Part shown: in pieces, positions 1 to 9,360 of the stretch | Layout of the letters: each line of letters begins with the position of its first letter | How positions within the stretch are numbered: the first letter of the stretch is position 1 | DNA from: a virus | Taxonomy: Duplodnaviria > Caudoviricetes | Strand: one strand, 5' to 3' | Virus record (IMG/VR): IMGVR_UViG_3300037483_000714 | Span: 1 to 43,859 of that record | Length of the DNA stretch: 43,859 nt | The notes under the pieces: generated by a model | What the model saw: the letters and a program-made list of their open reading frames with translations, nothing else | Databases searched by the model: none | What the model was told of the DNA's origin: nothing | Program-made: the position numbers and the translations under genes

Positions 1-149
1 AAGCCGGCCGTCGAGCAGGTCGCGGCAGAAGTCAGCCGCGAGTGCCTGGCCGAGCGGCGGCGGGAGATGGAGGAGCGGCAGCGCCTGGAGGCGGCGCAGG
101 CGGCGGAGGAGGAGCGCCGGCGCCAGACGGCGGGCGACGAGGCGGACCG
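1..149. repeat. Terminal overlap with 43711-43859 (circular assembly)
   Basis: 149 bp identical to the contig end except A127 vs G43837; a reading frame runs straight through the junction. Confidence 0.95.
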
Positions 150-522
150 GGCGGCGTTGCGGCGGGCGTTCGAGGCGCTGAGCGCCGAGGAGCGGGGCGA
201 GGTGGTCCGGCAGACCAAGGGGCGGCTGAGCACGGTCGTCAGGGGCCACGTCGAGCAGCAGAAGCCGGACATGGTGGAGAGCCTGTGGACGAGGGGCGCA
301 TTGCGGGAGGTGATGCGGGAAAGGAGCGCCGCACCCCGCCAGACGGAGGGCGGGCAAGCGTGCGGCTCCGGAGGTGACAAGGCAACGGGGGGCGGCCCGG
401 CCGCCTCCGGGGGTGGCAAGGCAACGGGGGGCGGCCCGGCCGCCTCCGAAGGTGGCAAGGCAACGGGGGGCGGCCCGGCCGCCTCCGCAGGTGGCAAGGC
501 AACGGGAAGGGGGACGGATTGA
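1..522 (+). CDS. 3' part of HTH replication initiator (continues from 42883)
   Basis: Frame of ORF 67..522 is open from base 1 and continuous with the ORF starting at GTG 42883 when circularised. Confidence 0.8.
   Translation, partial: KPAVEQVAAEVSRECLAERRREMEERQRLEAAQAAEEERRRQTAGDEADRAALRRAFEALSAEERGEVVRQTKGRLSTVVRGHVEQQKPDMVESLWTRGALREVMRERSAAPRQTEGGQACGSGGDKATGGGPAASGGGKATGGGPAASEGGKATGGGPAASAGGKATGRGTD
367..506 (+). repeat. 39-bp tandem repeat (~3.5 copies; GGKATGGGPAASx)
   Basis: GGCGGCCCGGCCGCC hairpin core at 391, 430 and 469. Confidence 0.9.
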
Positions 523-1931
523 GCGCGTGGGAGATCATGGAGGGCGACTGCCGGGAGGTGATGGCCTCGATGGAGGCGGAGAGCTTCCATGCGTGCGTCG
601 GCGATCCGCCCTACGGCCTGGAGTTCATGGGGAAGGAGTGGGACAAGCTATGGGACGGCCGCCCAAGTGGGGGGTTCAATGGCGGGCATCATGTGGGCCG
701 CGTAGGTCCCCAGTACAAAGGCGGCGCTGCCGCCCAGGAGTGGCACGGGCTGTGGCTGGCGGAGGCGTATCGGGTGCTGAAGCCGGGGGCGTTCCTGTTG
801 GCGTTTGGGGGGACGCGGACGTGGCACCGGCTGGCGTGCGCGATAGAGGACGCGGGGTTTGAGTTGCGGGACACGGTCATGTGGCTGCACGGACAGGGGT
901 TCCCGAAGAGCCTGGACGTGAGCAAGGCGCTGGACAAGAAGGCGGGCGCCCAGCGCCCGACCGTCGGGACCGAAATGGTAGACATCGGAATCCAAAGCGG
1001 TTCCATGCACGCGGGGCGAGAGAGCCGTTTCGTTGAACGGGCCGTCACCGCCCCCGCGACGGACGCCGCGCGACAGTGGCAAGGATGGGGCACAGCTCTC
1101 AAGCCGGCGTACGAGCCGATCCTGGTGGCGCGGAAGCCGCTGTGCGGGACCGTGGCGGAGAACGTGCTGGCGCACGGCTGCGGGGGGATCAACGTGGATG
1201 GGTGCCGGGTGGCTGGGGCGGCATGGGTGCGCGATACCGGCCACAAGAAAAGCATGGCCGGCGGCAAGTTCCACGCTGCTGCTGAAGCGCCCCATGTGGA
1301 GATCATCCAGGTGGCTAATCCGGCAGGCCGCTGGCCGGCGAACGTCTGCCTTGACGAGGAGGCGGCGGGGTTGCTGGACGAACAGAGCGGCCAGCTTACC
1401 AGCGGCGCACGAACGGGCGGGGCGTCGCGGTTCTTCTACTGCGCGAAGGCGAGCAGGCGCGAGCGGGAGGCGGGGCTGGCGAATGGGGAATGCGGAATGC
1501 GGAATGCGGATTTGCCTGACGCACACAACCTGAGTAGCAACGCCTGCGCTCGATGTGGCAAGAGAGTCAAAGCGAACGGCAGCGGCGACAGGTGTCAATG
1601 CGGCCCGGACCGAATCACCGTGAAACTGCCGCGAGCCCTCAACCACCATCCGACGGTGAAGCCGTTGGCGCTGATGCGGTGGCTGGTGCGGCTGGTGACG
1701 CCGCCTGGCGGGACGGTCCTCGACCCGTTCTGCGGCTCAGGCACCACGGGGTGCGCGTGCGCGCTCGAAGGCTTCAGCTTCGTGGGCATCGAGCAGGACG
1801 CCGGCTACTGCGAGATCGCGCGGAAGAGGATCGGCCACGCGGAAACGTCCACTGCCGAGCCCCTGTGGGATCGGAAAGCAGTTGACGTGCCACCATCGGA
1901 GGCGGCTGGGCCGCCGGGGAGGGAGACATGA
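519..1931 (+). CDS. DNA methyltransferase, N6-adenine/N4-cytosine (beta class)
   Basis: N-terminal DPPY motif, HPTVKP, C-terminal VLDPFCGSGTTG SAM-binding motif. Confidence 0.93.
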   Translation: MSAWEIMEGDCREVMASMEAESFHACVGDPPYGLEFMGKEWDKLWDGRPSGGFNGGHHVGRVGPQYKGGAAAQEWHGLWLAEAYRVLKPGAFLLAFGGTRTWHRLACAIEDAGFELRDTVMWLHGQGFPKSLDVSKALDKKAGAQRPTVGTEMVDIGIQSGSMHAGRESRFVERAVTAPATDAARQWQGWGTALKPAYEPILVARKPLCGTVAENVLAHGCGGINVDGCRVAGAAWVRDTGHKKSMAGGKFHAAAEAPHVEIIQVANPAGRWPANVCLDEEAAGLLDEQSGQLTSGARTGGASRFFYCAKASRREREAGLANGECGMRNADLPDAHNLSSNACARCGKRVKANGSGDRCQCGPDRITVKLPRALNHHPTVKPLALMRWLVRLVTPPGGTVLDPFCGSGTTGCACALEGFSFVGIEQDAGYCEIARKRIGHAETSTAEPLWDRKAVDVPPSEAAGPPGRET

Positions 1932-2200
1932 GAGGGAGCAGTCGGCCGCTGTTCGGGGGGGTTGGCGCCGGGGAGCGGGCACGAGAACGGAAGTCCACGT
2001 CCATTGTGCACCGGCGGCGGCGGGCGGGGGAGGTGAGCACGGCCCGGACGGCGATCCGCAACCACTGCATCGAGTGCATGGGCTACCAGGCGCGGGACGT
2101 GGCGACGTGCAGCGCGCCGGAGTGCCATCTGTGGCCGTATCGGATGGGGCCGAGGGTGAGGCCGGACGGGGGAGTGGCACCTGACGCCTCTGGCGGCTAA
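1928..2200 (+). CDS. Small Cys-containing phage protein
   Basis: IRxHCxEC...C...CxLWPYRMG pattern; ATGA overlap with the methylase stop. Confidence 0.65.
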   Translation: MRGSSRPLFGGVGAGERARERKSTSIVHRRRRAGEVSTARTAIRNHCIECMGYQARDVATCSAPECHLWPYRMGPRVRPDGGVAPDASGG

Positions 2201-2302
2201 AGGTGCGTACAGGCATACAGGTAGACGCGCGCTATCAAGCGTGAGGGCGGTCCAAAGGGGTCTAAGGCGTTGCGGACCGCGCGCGGGCATACGGGCGGGG
2301 GC

Positions 2303-2330
2303 TTGACACTGTGACTGAAACTGTTACACT
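2303..2330 (+). promoter_or_regulatory. sigma70-type promoter upstream of gam-like gene
   Basis: TTGACA-N16-TACACT with TGn extended -10; GGGGAGG RBS before ATG 2356. Confidence 0.65.
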
Positions 2331-2355
2331 TCAATGCGCATGAGGGGAGGCCGCT

Positions 2356-2901
2356 ATGGCTGACCAGGACCAGGGCGTGCTGGTGAACGTGACGCTGGCC
2401 GTGGTGGAGCGTGAGCTGCGCAAGATCGGCGAGGCCGAGCTGGAGCTGGAGCGGCTGCAGGGCAAGCTGGACGCCGATCTGGCGGGGGTGACCGTCCGGC
2501 ACGAGCCGGCCATCCGGGCGGCGCGCCAGAAGGTCAACGACCTGAAGGTGCGGCTGGAGGCCGGGGTGAGTGGGGCGCGCGAGCAGCTCTTCGAGGCGGG
2601 CTCTCAGACGCTGAAGGTGGGGCTCGGCCAGGTGAGCTACCGCAGGGCGCCCGACCGCGTGGAGGTGGCCGACGGGCTGGAGGTGCGCGACGTCATCCGG
2701 AAGATGCAGCGGGCGCGCAAGCGGCAGTTCTACAAGGTGAGCTACGGGCTGGACAAGGCGGCGCTCAACAAGGCGGCCTCCGCCGGCGTGCTGGACGATG
2801 CGGCGCTGGAGGAGCTCGGGCTGCAGGTCATCCGGGGCGGGGAATCGTGGACGGTGAAGACGGACCACGAGGCCGTGCGCGAGGCGGTGGGGAAGGGCTG
2901 A
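2356..2901 (+). CDS. gam: Mu Gam-like host-nuclease inhibitor (DNA end-binding)
   Basis: N-terminal coiled coil then LF...TLKVGLGQVSYRR...LDKAAL...LGLQV pattern typical of the Mu Gam family. Confidence 0.8.
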   Translation: MADQDQGVLVNVTLAVVERELRKIGEAELELERLQGKLDADLAGVTVRHEPAIRAARQKVNDLKVRLEAGVSGAREQLFEAGSQTLKVGLGQVSYRRAPDRVEVADGLEVRDVIRKMQRARKRQFYKVSYGLDKAALNKAASAGVLDDAALEELGLQVIRGGESWTVKTDHEAVREAVGKG

Positions 2902-3051
2902 TGGGAGGCAACCGGGTGCGACTCACGCCGCCCGACGGGGGAGGAGCGGTTCCCCCCTCAGCCGGACCCCCTGCGGGTCAATCGACCTCAGCCTTCGAGA
3001 AAAAAACGGGCCGGCAAATCGGGGTGGTGATACCCTAAGCGAGGCAAACCG

Positions 3052-3651
3052 ATGAGCAAGAAGCCGGCGACGACGGCGGTCCAGCTATCAATCCAGATGC
3101 GGCCGACGGGGGCCATCAAGCCCTATGAGAAGAACCCGCGCCACAACGAGCAGGCGGTCGAGGCCGTGGCCGCCTCGATCAGGGAGTTCGGGTTCAGGCA
3201 GCCCATCGTGGTGGACGCCGATGGCGTCATCATCTGCGGGCACACGCGGTGGAAGGCGGCGCAGAGGTTGGGCCTCGAGCGCGTGCCCGTGCACGTGGCC
3301 ACCGACCTGACGCCGGAGCAGGTGCGGGCCTACCGCCTGGCAGACAACGCCACGGGGGAGCTGGCGGAGTGGGACTACGGGCTGCTGGGCGTCGAGCTGG
3401 CGGACCTGGAGGGGCTGGGCGTGGACCTGGGCGTGATCGGCCTGGGCGACGACGTGCTGGCGGACCTCTCGCGGCAGGCGAATGCTGCCCAGGCCGATGC
3501 AAATGCCGTCGAGGTGCCCGCCCCGGACCCCCGCATCGCGATCAACATCCGAGTCCCTGCGGCCATCTGGCTAAGCAAAAGGGAGGAGATGCGGCGGCTC
3601 TTCGATCAGATCGCACGAACATACCAGGCTAAGGTGCAGATCGATGAGTGA
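3052..3651 (+). CDS. ParB/Sulfiredoxin N-terminal domain protein
   Basis: IKPYEKNPRHN...SIREFGFRQPIVVD...IICGHTRWKAA...AYRLADN. Confidence 0.9.
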   Translation: MSKKPATTAVQLSIQMRPTGAIKPYEKNPRHNEQAVEAVAASIREFGFRQPIVVDADGVIICGHTRWKAAQRLGLERVPVHVATDLTPEQVRAYRLADNATGELAEWDYGLLGVELADLEGLGVDLGVIGLGDDVLADLSRQANAAQADANAVEVPAPDPRIAINIRVPAAIWLSKREEMRRLFDQIARTYQAKVQIDE

Positions 3652-4990
3652 ACCGACGATAGGTTACTTGACGTTCGGGCGCGACGACCTCGGATATGGG
3701 CTCCGCCTCTGTCTGAGGTGCCTGTCTCCGCCCATGCCAACCTATCGCGTCACACCGAAGACCGCGGCGCTTGTTGATGTGCTGTGTTTCTCAGCATTCT
3801 GGTGGGAGCACATCTATCTGCTCGCGGACTTTCTACGCCGTGCGGGAATGCTGAAGGGGCAAAAACGCCCTCGGGTAATCGTCGGTGGGTTTGAGACGGC
3901 CAATCCGGTGCCGTTCGCCTGCTACGCGGACGCAGTCGTCGTGGGGGACGGTGAAGACATCTTCCAGCGCGTCGTGCAAGGACACGGCCATGAGAGCGTG
4001 TATACGGGGACGGAACCGACCGTGATGTGGCATGATGCAGAGATGCGGCCCTTCGGAATGGACACTGGCGGAGTGGCTCGAATCGAGATTGCTCGCGGTT
4101 GCCGCCATAGGTGTACGTTCTGCGCGGTCGCGTGGCGGAAGCACTACCGTGAACTCCCGCTCGCCGAGATTGACCTTGCCTTACGCCCGCTGGCGCGGCG
4201 GCGCGTCAGCCTCTTCGCCCCCAGCCCGCTGGAACATAGTGCGTTCGCTGAGATCGATAGCCTGTGTCAGCGACGACTCATCTTACGGCAGGACAGCGAT
4301 TGCCGGCTGGACATGATAGAGCGCCTGCCAACTGATCGACATAAGAGGAGCGTGCCCCGGGCCGGCCTTGAAGGGCTGAGTTATCGGCTGAGAAAGCTGG
4401 TAGGCAAAAACTGGTCCGATGACATGGTAGTGGAAAATATCAAGGTGCTTATTCAGCAGGGTTGTGGCGGGCTCTTTCTCTACGTGATCCTGGATCTGCC
4501 GGGGGAACAGTCTGACGACTTCGATTTCTTTCGGACCCTGGCAGAGAAAATCGGCGCGCTGCCCGGGGCTAAGGGCTTCGTGCTGAAGCCCAGTCCGTCG
4601 GTCTTCCTGCCGAGTCCTCACACTCCGTTGGAAATGGCCCCCATCCACTGGGAACGTCCCTATGAAGCGATGTGGCGCAACCTCTTTGGCCGGGGGGGCG
4701 AGCGTCGATGGGCGGTGACAATGGCTGAACGCACGCGCATCTTCGGACCGGCAAAGCGCGTGCTTATGATGCTCGCCACGCGCGCCGGGAGCGAGTTCAG
4801 CGCGATTGAAGCGGAACTAACGGGGCAGAAAGCGATTCGCGTCGCTAATGGGAGCGTCCATGTGTGCGATGAAGGGCGACTACTCGATGTGCTCGAACGG
4901 CATGGCGGCGTCGAGCGTTACTGCGGAGTTCCGCAGAGCGCGCCGTGGCAGGTGGTTCAGTTTCGGCACAAGCCTCAGGCATGCCCTTGA
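3644..4990 (+). CDS. Radical SAM protein with B12-binding-like N-terminal domain (TIGR03960-like)
   Basis: IEIARGCRHRCTFC (CxxxCxxC), VIVGG..ANP.P....ADAVVVGDGE, LPGE, FLPSPHTP; lower GC than genome. Confidence 0.85.
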   Translation: MSEPTIGYLTFGRDDLGYGLRLCLRCLSPPMPTYRVTPKTAALVDVLCFSAFWWEHIYLLADFLRRAGMLKGQKRPRVIVGGFETANPVPFACYADAVVVGDGEDIFQRVVQGHGHESVYTGTEPTVMWHDAEMRPFGMDTGGVARIEIARGCRHRCTFCAVAWRKHYRELPLAEIDLALRPLARRRVSLFAPSPLEHSAFAEIDSLCQRRLILRQDSDCRLDMIERLPTDRHKRSVPRAGLEGLSYRLRKLVGKNWSDDMVVENIKVLIQQGCGGLFLYVILDLPGEQSDDFDFFRTLAEKIGALPGAKGFVLKPSPSVFLPSPHTPLEMAPIHWERPYEAMWRNLFGRGGERRWAVTMAERTRIFGPAKRVLMMLATRAGSEFSAIEAELTGQKAIRVANGSVHVCDEGRLLDVLERHGGVERYCGVPQSAPWQVVQFRHKPQACP

Positions 4991-5376
4991 AGGGCCTGCA
5001 ACCACTTAGCTGGACTCATTGTGCCAACAATGCCCGCGTGATGAGAAGGGCGCCCAATAGCGGTTGCCAGAACGGAGAGGCACAATCTCAGTATTTCCGA
5101 CTCATCTCCCACGGCATCCATGAGGGCGGTTCGGAGGCTCTTTGCCTCCTCATGCGCCTCGACGAACATGCGGGGTTCTACGCCGATGGTCCGCTGCCAG
5201 ACATCCGTACCATTGTCCCAGTCCATTTCTCATCTTCTCCAGGGATAGAGTCAATGCACCAGGTAGCCTACCAGAAGCGTAACCCGTTGTCAATAGCAAT
5301 GTTACGACGGGTTCTGTCGGCCCCATGTGCCGGCTTTTGCGGTTTTCTTCTGGATGGATGGGAACGGATCGAGTGA
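4981..5376 (+). CDS. Hypothetical protein in radical SAM cassette
   Basis: Low-GC ORF overlapping the rSAM stop and the terS start. Confidence 0.45.
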   Translation: MPLKGLQPLSWTHCANNARVMRRAPNSGCQNGEAQSQYFRLISHGIHEGGSEALCLLMRLDEHAGFYADGPLPDIRTIVPVHFSSSPGIESMHQVAYQKRNPLSIAMLRRVLSAPCAGFCGFLLDGWERIE

Positions 5377-5981
5377 ACCAGACGCCGACCATGCGGGAGC
5401 TGGTGGAGCGGTACAAGAGCGACCCGGGGTCGCTTACGCCGGCGCAGTTGGAGGCGGTGGAGAGGCGGATACGGCGGGTGCGCGCGACGGGGCCGCAGGC
5501 AGCGCAGCGGGACCAGACCAAGGAGCAAGTCGCCCAGGCCATCAGCGTTCATCCGCGCACGGTGCAGCGCTACGCGGGCGAGGGTATGCCGCACACGGCG
5601 GGCGGCCACGGCCGCCCGCACCTGTTCAACCTGGGCGAATGCCTGCAATGGCTGATGGAGCAGGGCCGGCCGCCGTTCAACAAGCTGGAGCCAGACGGGG
5701 ACGGGAAGGCCGGCGCGGATCTGAAGCTCAAGCGGGAGAAGGGCAGGCTCGCGGAGCTGGACAGGCTGGAGCGCGAGGGGGCGCTGCACGACACGACGGA
5801 ATGCCGCGAGCGGCACATCAAGCAGCTCTGGGCGTTCAAGCGGACGCTGCTGGCGCTACCCCGGTCGCTGGCGCCGGACCTGGAGGGCCGTGGCCGGGGG
5901 GAGATCGAGGCGCTGGTGAAGGAACGGATCATGGACATCCTGTCCCGTTTCGCGGGGACCTACGTTGGCAAAGGCGCATAG
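5373..5981 (+). CDS. terS: Terminase small subunit (Nu1-like HTH)
   Basis: TKEQVAQAISVHPRTVQRY..EGMP...FNLGECLQW wHTH plus coiled coil, immediately before terL; start could instead be ATG 5391. Confidence 0.82.
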   Translation: MNQTPTMRELVERYKSDPGSLTPAQLEAVERRIRRVRATGPQAAQRDQTKEQVAQAISVHPRTVQRYAGEGMPHTAGGHGRPHLFNLGECLQWLMEQGRPPFNKLEPDGDGKAGADLKLKREKGRLAELDRLEREGALHDTTECRERHIKQLWAFKRTLLALPRSLAPDLEGRGRGEIEALVKERIMDILSRFAGTYVGKGA

Positions 5982-8004
5982 CGACATCTTCCGGCCGGAG
6001 GAGCGGGAGGCGCTGCGGCCTCCGTTGGGGCTGAAGCCCTCGGAGTGGGCGGAGCGCTATCGGGTGCTGCCGCCGGGGGCGTCGAACATCCCGGGCCCGT
6101 GGCGGAACTCGAACGCGCCGTACCTGCGCGGGATCATGGACCTGGGGGCGACGCCGGGCATACTGCAGTTGAACATCCTGAAGGCGGGGCAGATCGGGGT
6201 CAGCGAGGCCTTGCGGAACCTGCTGCTGTTCTGGGCTATCACCGACCCGGACCCCGTGGGCCTGGCCCTGCCCGACCGGGTGAAGGGGCGGCACATCGTC
6301 ACGGACCAGATAGTGCCGGCGTTTCGCGACACGCCGGAGGCCTCCCGGCTGTTCAGCGCGCGCAAGTGGGACCTCTCGGCGGAACGCATCCGGCTCTTGA
6401 ACGGCTTCCTGCTCTCGCTCATGTGGGCGGGGAGCGCATCGTCCACCAGCGCGGAGGCGTTGAGGCGGGTGATCAATGACGAGGTAGACAAGTTTGCTGC
6501 GTGGGCGGGTCGGGAGACGAACCCTGTGGGGCGGACGATGACGCGGATCGCATCGTACGAGGACCGGGGCATACAGATCAACGCCTCGACGCCGACGGAC
6601 CGGCTGGGCAACATCTGGAAGCTGTGGGAGGCGAGCGCGGTCCAGCTGCAGTACATGGTGCCGTGTCCGGGGTGCAATGCGTGCCAGTATCTGAGCTTCC
6701 GGCAGTTGAAGTGGCCGCACCCGGCGGGTGAGGGGGGGCGCCCGGCGCGCCTGAGCCGGCAGGGCAAGCGGGACCTGGCGGACCGGATCGTGGCGAACTC
6801 GGACGTCTGGTATCTGTGCGTGCGATGTGGTCGGCGGATCGAGCCGATGGAGCGCAACCGGATGGTGCGGGAGGGGCGGTGGCGCAGCCTGGACGGGATG
6901 ATAGAGGACGCCGAGGCGGTGGCCGAATGGCCCAGGGGCACGCGGGTGGGGATGCAGGTGAACGCCATGAGCTGCCTGTGGATATCGTGGGCGAGCATCG
7001 CATCGGACTTCATCCGGGCCGAGGGTGACCTGGACCTGACGTTCAGCTTCCGGACGGAGAAGGTGGGGGAGCCGTGGGAGGAGCAGATCGACAAGCCGCG
7101 GGCGAGCGTGTACGCGGACAAATCGGAGCGTGCGGAGCTGGAGCAGGGGACGGTGCCGGCATGGGCGGTGAAGCTGCTGGCGACGGTCGACACGCAGCAG
7201 GACCACTTCTACTTCGTGCTGCGGGCATGGGGGCCGGAGATGAAGTCGCAGCGGGTGTTCCACTGCCGGGCGGAGAGCTTCGCCGAGCTGGACGACCTGT
7301 GCTTCAGGCGGGCCTGGCCCGTGGAGGGGGAGCGTCCGGGCGCGGCGGTCAGGCGGGCCATGCAGCCGGAGATGGTGTTGATCGACTCGGGCGGCACGAC
7401 GGAAGAGGGCAAGGCGGCGAGCCGCACGATGGAGGTCTATCGCTGGGTGATGCGGCGTCGTGCGCGTGCTCGGGCTATCAAGGGGGCGGGGGCGGTGAAG
7501 CGCCGCCGGGAGGGCCTCTACATCTGGCCGGGGAAAGGATTCATGGACGTGGAGTCGCCGGGCCGGTCGAAGGCGGCGGGCCGGTCGAAGCGGGTGCAGG
7601 TGCTGACGCTATGGTTCCTGGACACGCACCACTTTGGCGACCTGCTGGCGGACCTGATCGCGCAGGGCACGGCGGAGGATGACGAGCGGGAGGAGGGCTG
7701 GCTGCTGAACCGGGCGAACGACGAGGAGTACAACGGCCAGCTCTCGAACGTGCAGAAGCGGCTGGTGCGGACGGGGCGGGGGCCATCGATGGAGGTGTGG
7801 GAGCCGAGCGAGACGGGGGCGCCGAACCACTACTGGGACTGCGAGGTCTACCAGGTGGCTGCGGCCTACATGGCGCACGTGGACCTGCTGCCGTCGGCGG
7901 AGGAGATGGAGGAGTATCGGAAGGCGATGTCGAAGGCGGCGCCCCCGGCGTCGCCTGGCCTGGCGGTGCAGCACGGCAAGCGCAAGATCAGGGCGCACTA
8001 CTGA
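5965..8004 (+). CDS. terL: Terminase large subunit, lambda GpA family
   Basis: PGPWR..NAPY, KAGQIGVSE Walker A variant, INDEVD Walker B, STPT, VPCPGC zinc motif, TVDTQ nuclease, NHYWDCEVY. Confidence 0.95.
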   Translation: MAKAHSDIFRPEEREALRPPLGLKPSEWAERYRVLPPGASNIPGPWRNSNAPYLRGIMDLGATPGILQLNILKAGQIGVSEALRNLLLFWAITDPDPVGLALPDRVKGRHIVTDQIVPAFRDTPEASRLFSARKWDLSAERIRLLNGFLLSLMWAGSASSTSAEALRRVINDEVDKFAAWAGRETNPVGRTMTRIASYEDRGIQINASTPTDRLGNIWKLWEASAVQLQYMVPCPGCNACQYLSFRQLKWPHPAGEGGRPARLSRQGKRDLADRIVANSDVWYLCVRCGRRIEPMERNRMVREGRWRSLDGMIEDAEAVAEWPRGTRVGMQVNAMSCLWISWASIASDFIRAEGDLDLTFSFRTEKVGEPWEEQIDKPRASVYADKSERAELEQGTVPAWAVKLLATVDTQQDHFYFVLRAWGPEMKSQRVFHCRAESFAELDDLCFRRAWPVEGERPGAAVRRAMQPEMVLIDSGGTTEEGKAASRTMEVYRWVMRRRARARAIKGAGAVKRRREGLYIWPGKGFMDVESPGRSKAAGRSKRVQVLTLWFLDTHHFGDLLADLIAQGTAEDDEREEGWLLNRANDEEYNGQLSNVQKRLVRTGRGPSMEVWEPSETGAPNHYWDCEVYQVAAAYMAHVDLLPSAEEMEEYRKAMSKAAPPASPGLAVQHGKRKIRAHY

Positions 8005-8065
8005 CCCGGCCCGGCCGGGTGCGGGGGTGCTAAGGCTTAACAGCAGAGAATGGGAGGTAGGTATC

Positions 8066-8659
8066 ATGGCAGAAAGTAAGCGGGGAACCAGGACGGGGTC
8101 CATCGATGGGATGCAAAGGGCGGAGAAAAGGGCGCGGCGTGAGCGGGAGGGACGGGGCCCAACGCTGGAAGAGGCGCTGGCGAGCGTCCCCGCGAGCTTA
8201 AGACCGCAGGTTCAAGAACGGCTGCGCAAGCTCAGAATGCTAACACGGGACGCCATGCAGGCGGAACTCCGGAAGGCCTATGAGGAATGGCAGGCGTACC
8301 TTCGTTGTCCCACGCATATTGCAGAAGCTGAGCGGCTCGCCCCTATCCGGGAGGAGGAGGCCTACCATCTTCAGGGGGTGCAAGTCGTCCAAGAGTTTCT
8401 GAAAGAGAATCATCTCGCCGAACTGTTGATCACGACCATTGGCGAGGGAGGTGAGGCCTCAAGGCCAGTGGAAGCAAGCGACTACGTTCTCATGCCGCGG
8501 AAGGTCTATGAGGGCCTTCTCAGAACGGGCTCAACTATTTCTGAAGAGGAGCGGACCGATGGCGAAGGGCAAGAGGATCGGCGGGCCGGTGGGGATGGTG
8601 GCGCCGGCGCCGCTGCGGCCGGAGGGCGTAATGCCGGAACGGAAGGCGGCGACGGGTGA
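8066..8659 (+). CDS. Hypothetical protein (lower-GC insert)
   Basis: GGAGGT RBS; atypical codon usage; 3' end overlaps the next gene. Confidence 0.5.
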   Translation: MAESKRGTRTGSIDGMQRAEKRARREREGRGPTLEEALASVPASLRPQVQERLRKLRMLTRDAMQAELRKAYEEWQAYLRCPTHIAEAERLAPIREEEAYHLQGVQVVQEFLKENHLAELLITTIGEGGEASRPVEASDYVLMPRKVYEGLLRTGSTISEEERTDGEGQEDRRAGGDGGAGAAAAGGRNAGTEGGDG

Positions 8660-8840
8660 GCCGGAGAGGCAGCGGTACGCCTTCTCCTCGGCCGCTCGGT
8701 GCCCTGGCTGCCGGGGGACGGAGACGGCGGTGGTGGACACGAAGGGCTTCACGCGGTGGTGGCGGTGCAAGACGCCGGGGTGCCACTACAGCCTGACGGG
8801 CGGTCGGCGGACGTGGAAGGAGATCGGGGAGGCCATCTAA
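8559..8840 (+). CDS. Zinc-ribbon protein, Ogr/Delta-like late activator candidate
   Basis: CPGC...RWWRCKTPGC; GAGGAG RBS; precedes the head-operon regulatory region. Confidence 0.6.
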   Translation: MAKGKRIGGPVGMVAPAPLRPEGVMPERKAATGEPERQRYAFSSAARCPGCRGTETAVVDTKGFTRWWRCKTPGCHYSLTGGRRTWKEIGEAI

Positions 8841-8899
8841 TTGCGCTTTTCGCAATTGCGTTTTCCGTAATCTGGTGCCTGATTCCGGTTTTCGGAATC
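8839..8899. promoter_or_regulatory. Three related dyads ATTnCG-N5-CGnAAT
   Basis: Copies at 8840-8856, 8855-8871 and 8882-8898. Confidence 0.6.
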
Positions 8900-9046
8900 T
8901 GGCGTGTTGACGCCCTCAGACTCCCCCAGGCGCAGAGGGACATCCCGATATGGGGAGGACAAGCGTTGCATTGTACAACGGTCATCGTGTAGAAGGGTGT
9001 GTTACGCGCTGAGCGGGCTGCGTCCCGGCTCGGCTTGCTGCCCTCG

Positions 9047-9089
9047 GAAGGCCGTCAGGGGCCTGACCCCCTGGCGGCCTTCTTGCTTT
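9047..9089 (+). terminator. Leader hairpin with weak U-tract before the head operon
   Basis: GAAGGCCGTCAGGGG / CCCCTGGCGGCCTTC stem followed by TTGCTTT, then GGAGG RBS. Confidence 0.55.
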
Positions 9090-9102
9090 GGAGGCGGCGA
9101 AC

Positions 9103-9360
9103 ATGGCATGGGTGTACAGCGACTACGTTACCTACTCGTACGGGGCCACGCGGCTCTCCGAGTTCCGGCTGCACATCCAGGAGGTCTCCGACGCGCTGAC
9201 GGCGGAGATGACGAGCGGCGGCCGGTCGCATTCGACTTCAGCGATCCAGACCTACCTGCAGACGCTGAAGGACGCCGAACCTGACGAGGCGATGCGCTGC
9301 GATGCAGCGGCCGGCACCCGTCCGGCATTCTCCCGCGCGCGTCCGAGGCCGACGCCATGA
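9103..9360 (+). CDS. Head-completion protein (gpW-like by position)
   Basis: Small ORF directly before a lambda-type portal; RBS GGAGG. Confidence 0.6.
   Translation: MAWVYSDYVTYSYGATRLSEFRLHIQEVSDALTAEMTSGGRSHSTSAIQTYLQTLKDAEPDEAMRCDAAAGTRPAFSRARPRPTP

Noticed and set aside
1-149. Biological direct terminal repeat
   Set aside because: It falls mid-gene and has a read/k-mer-like length, so it is best explained as an assembly overlap
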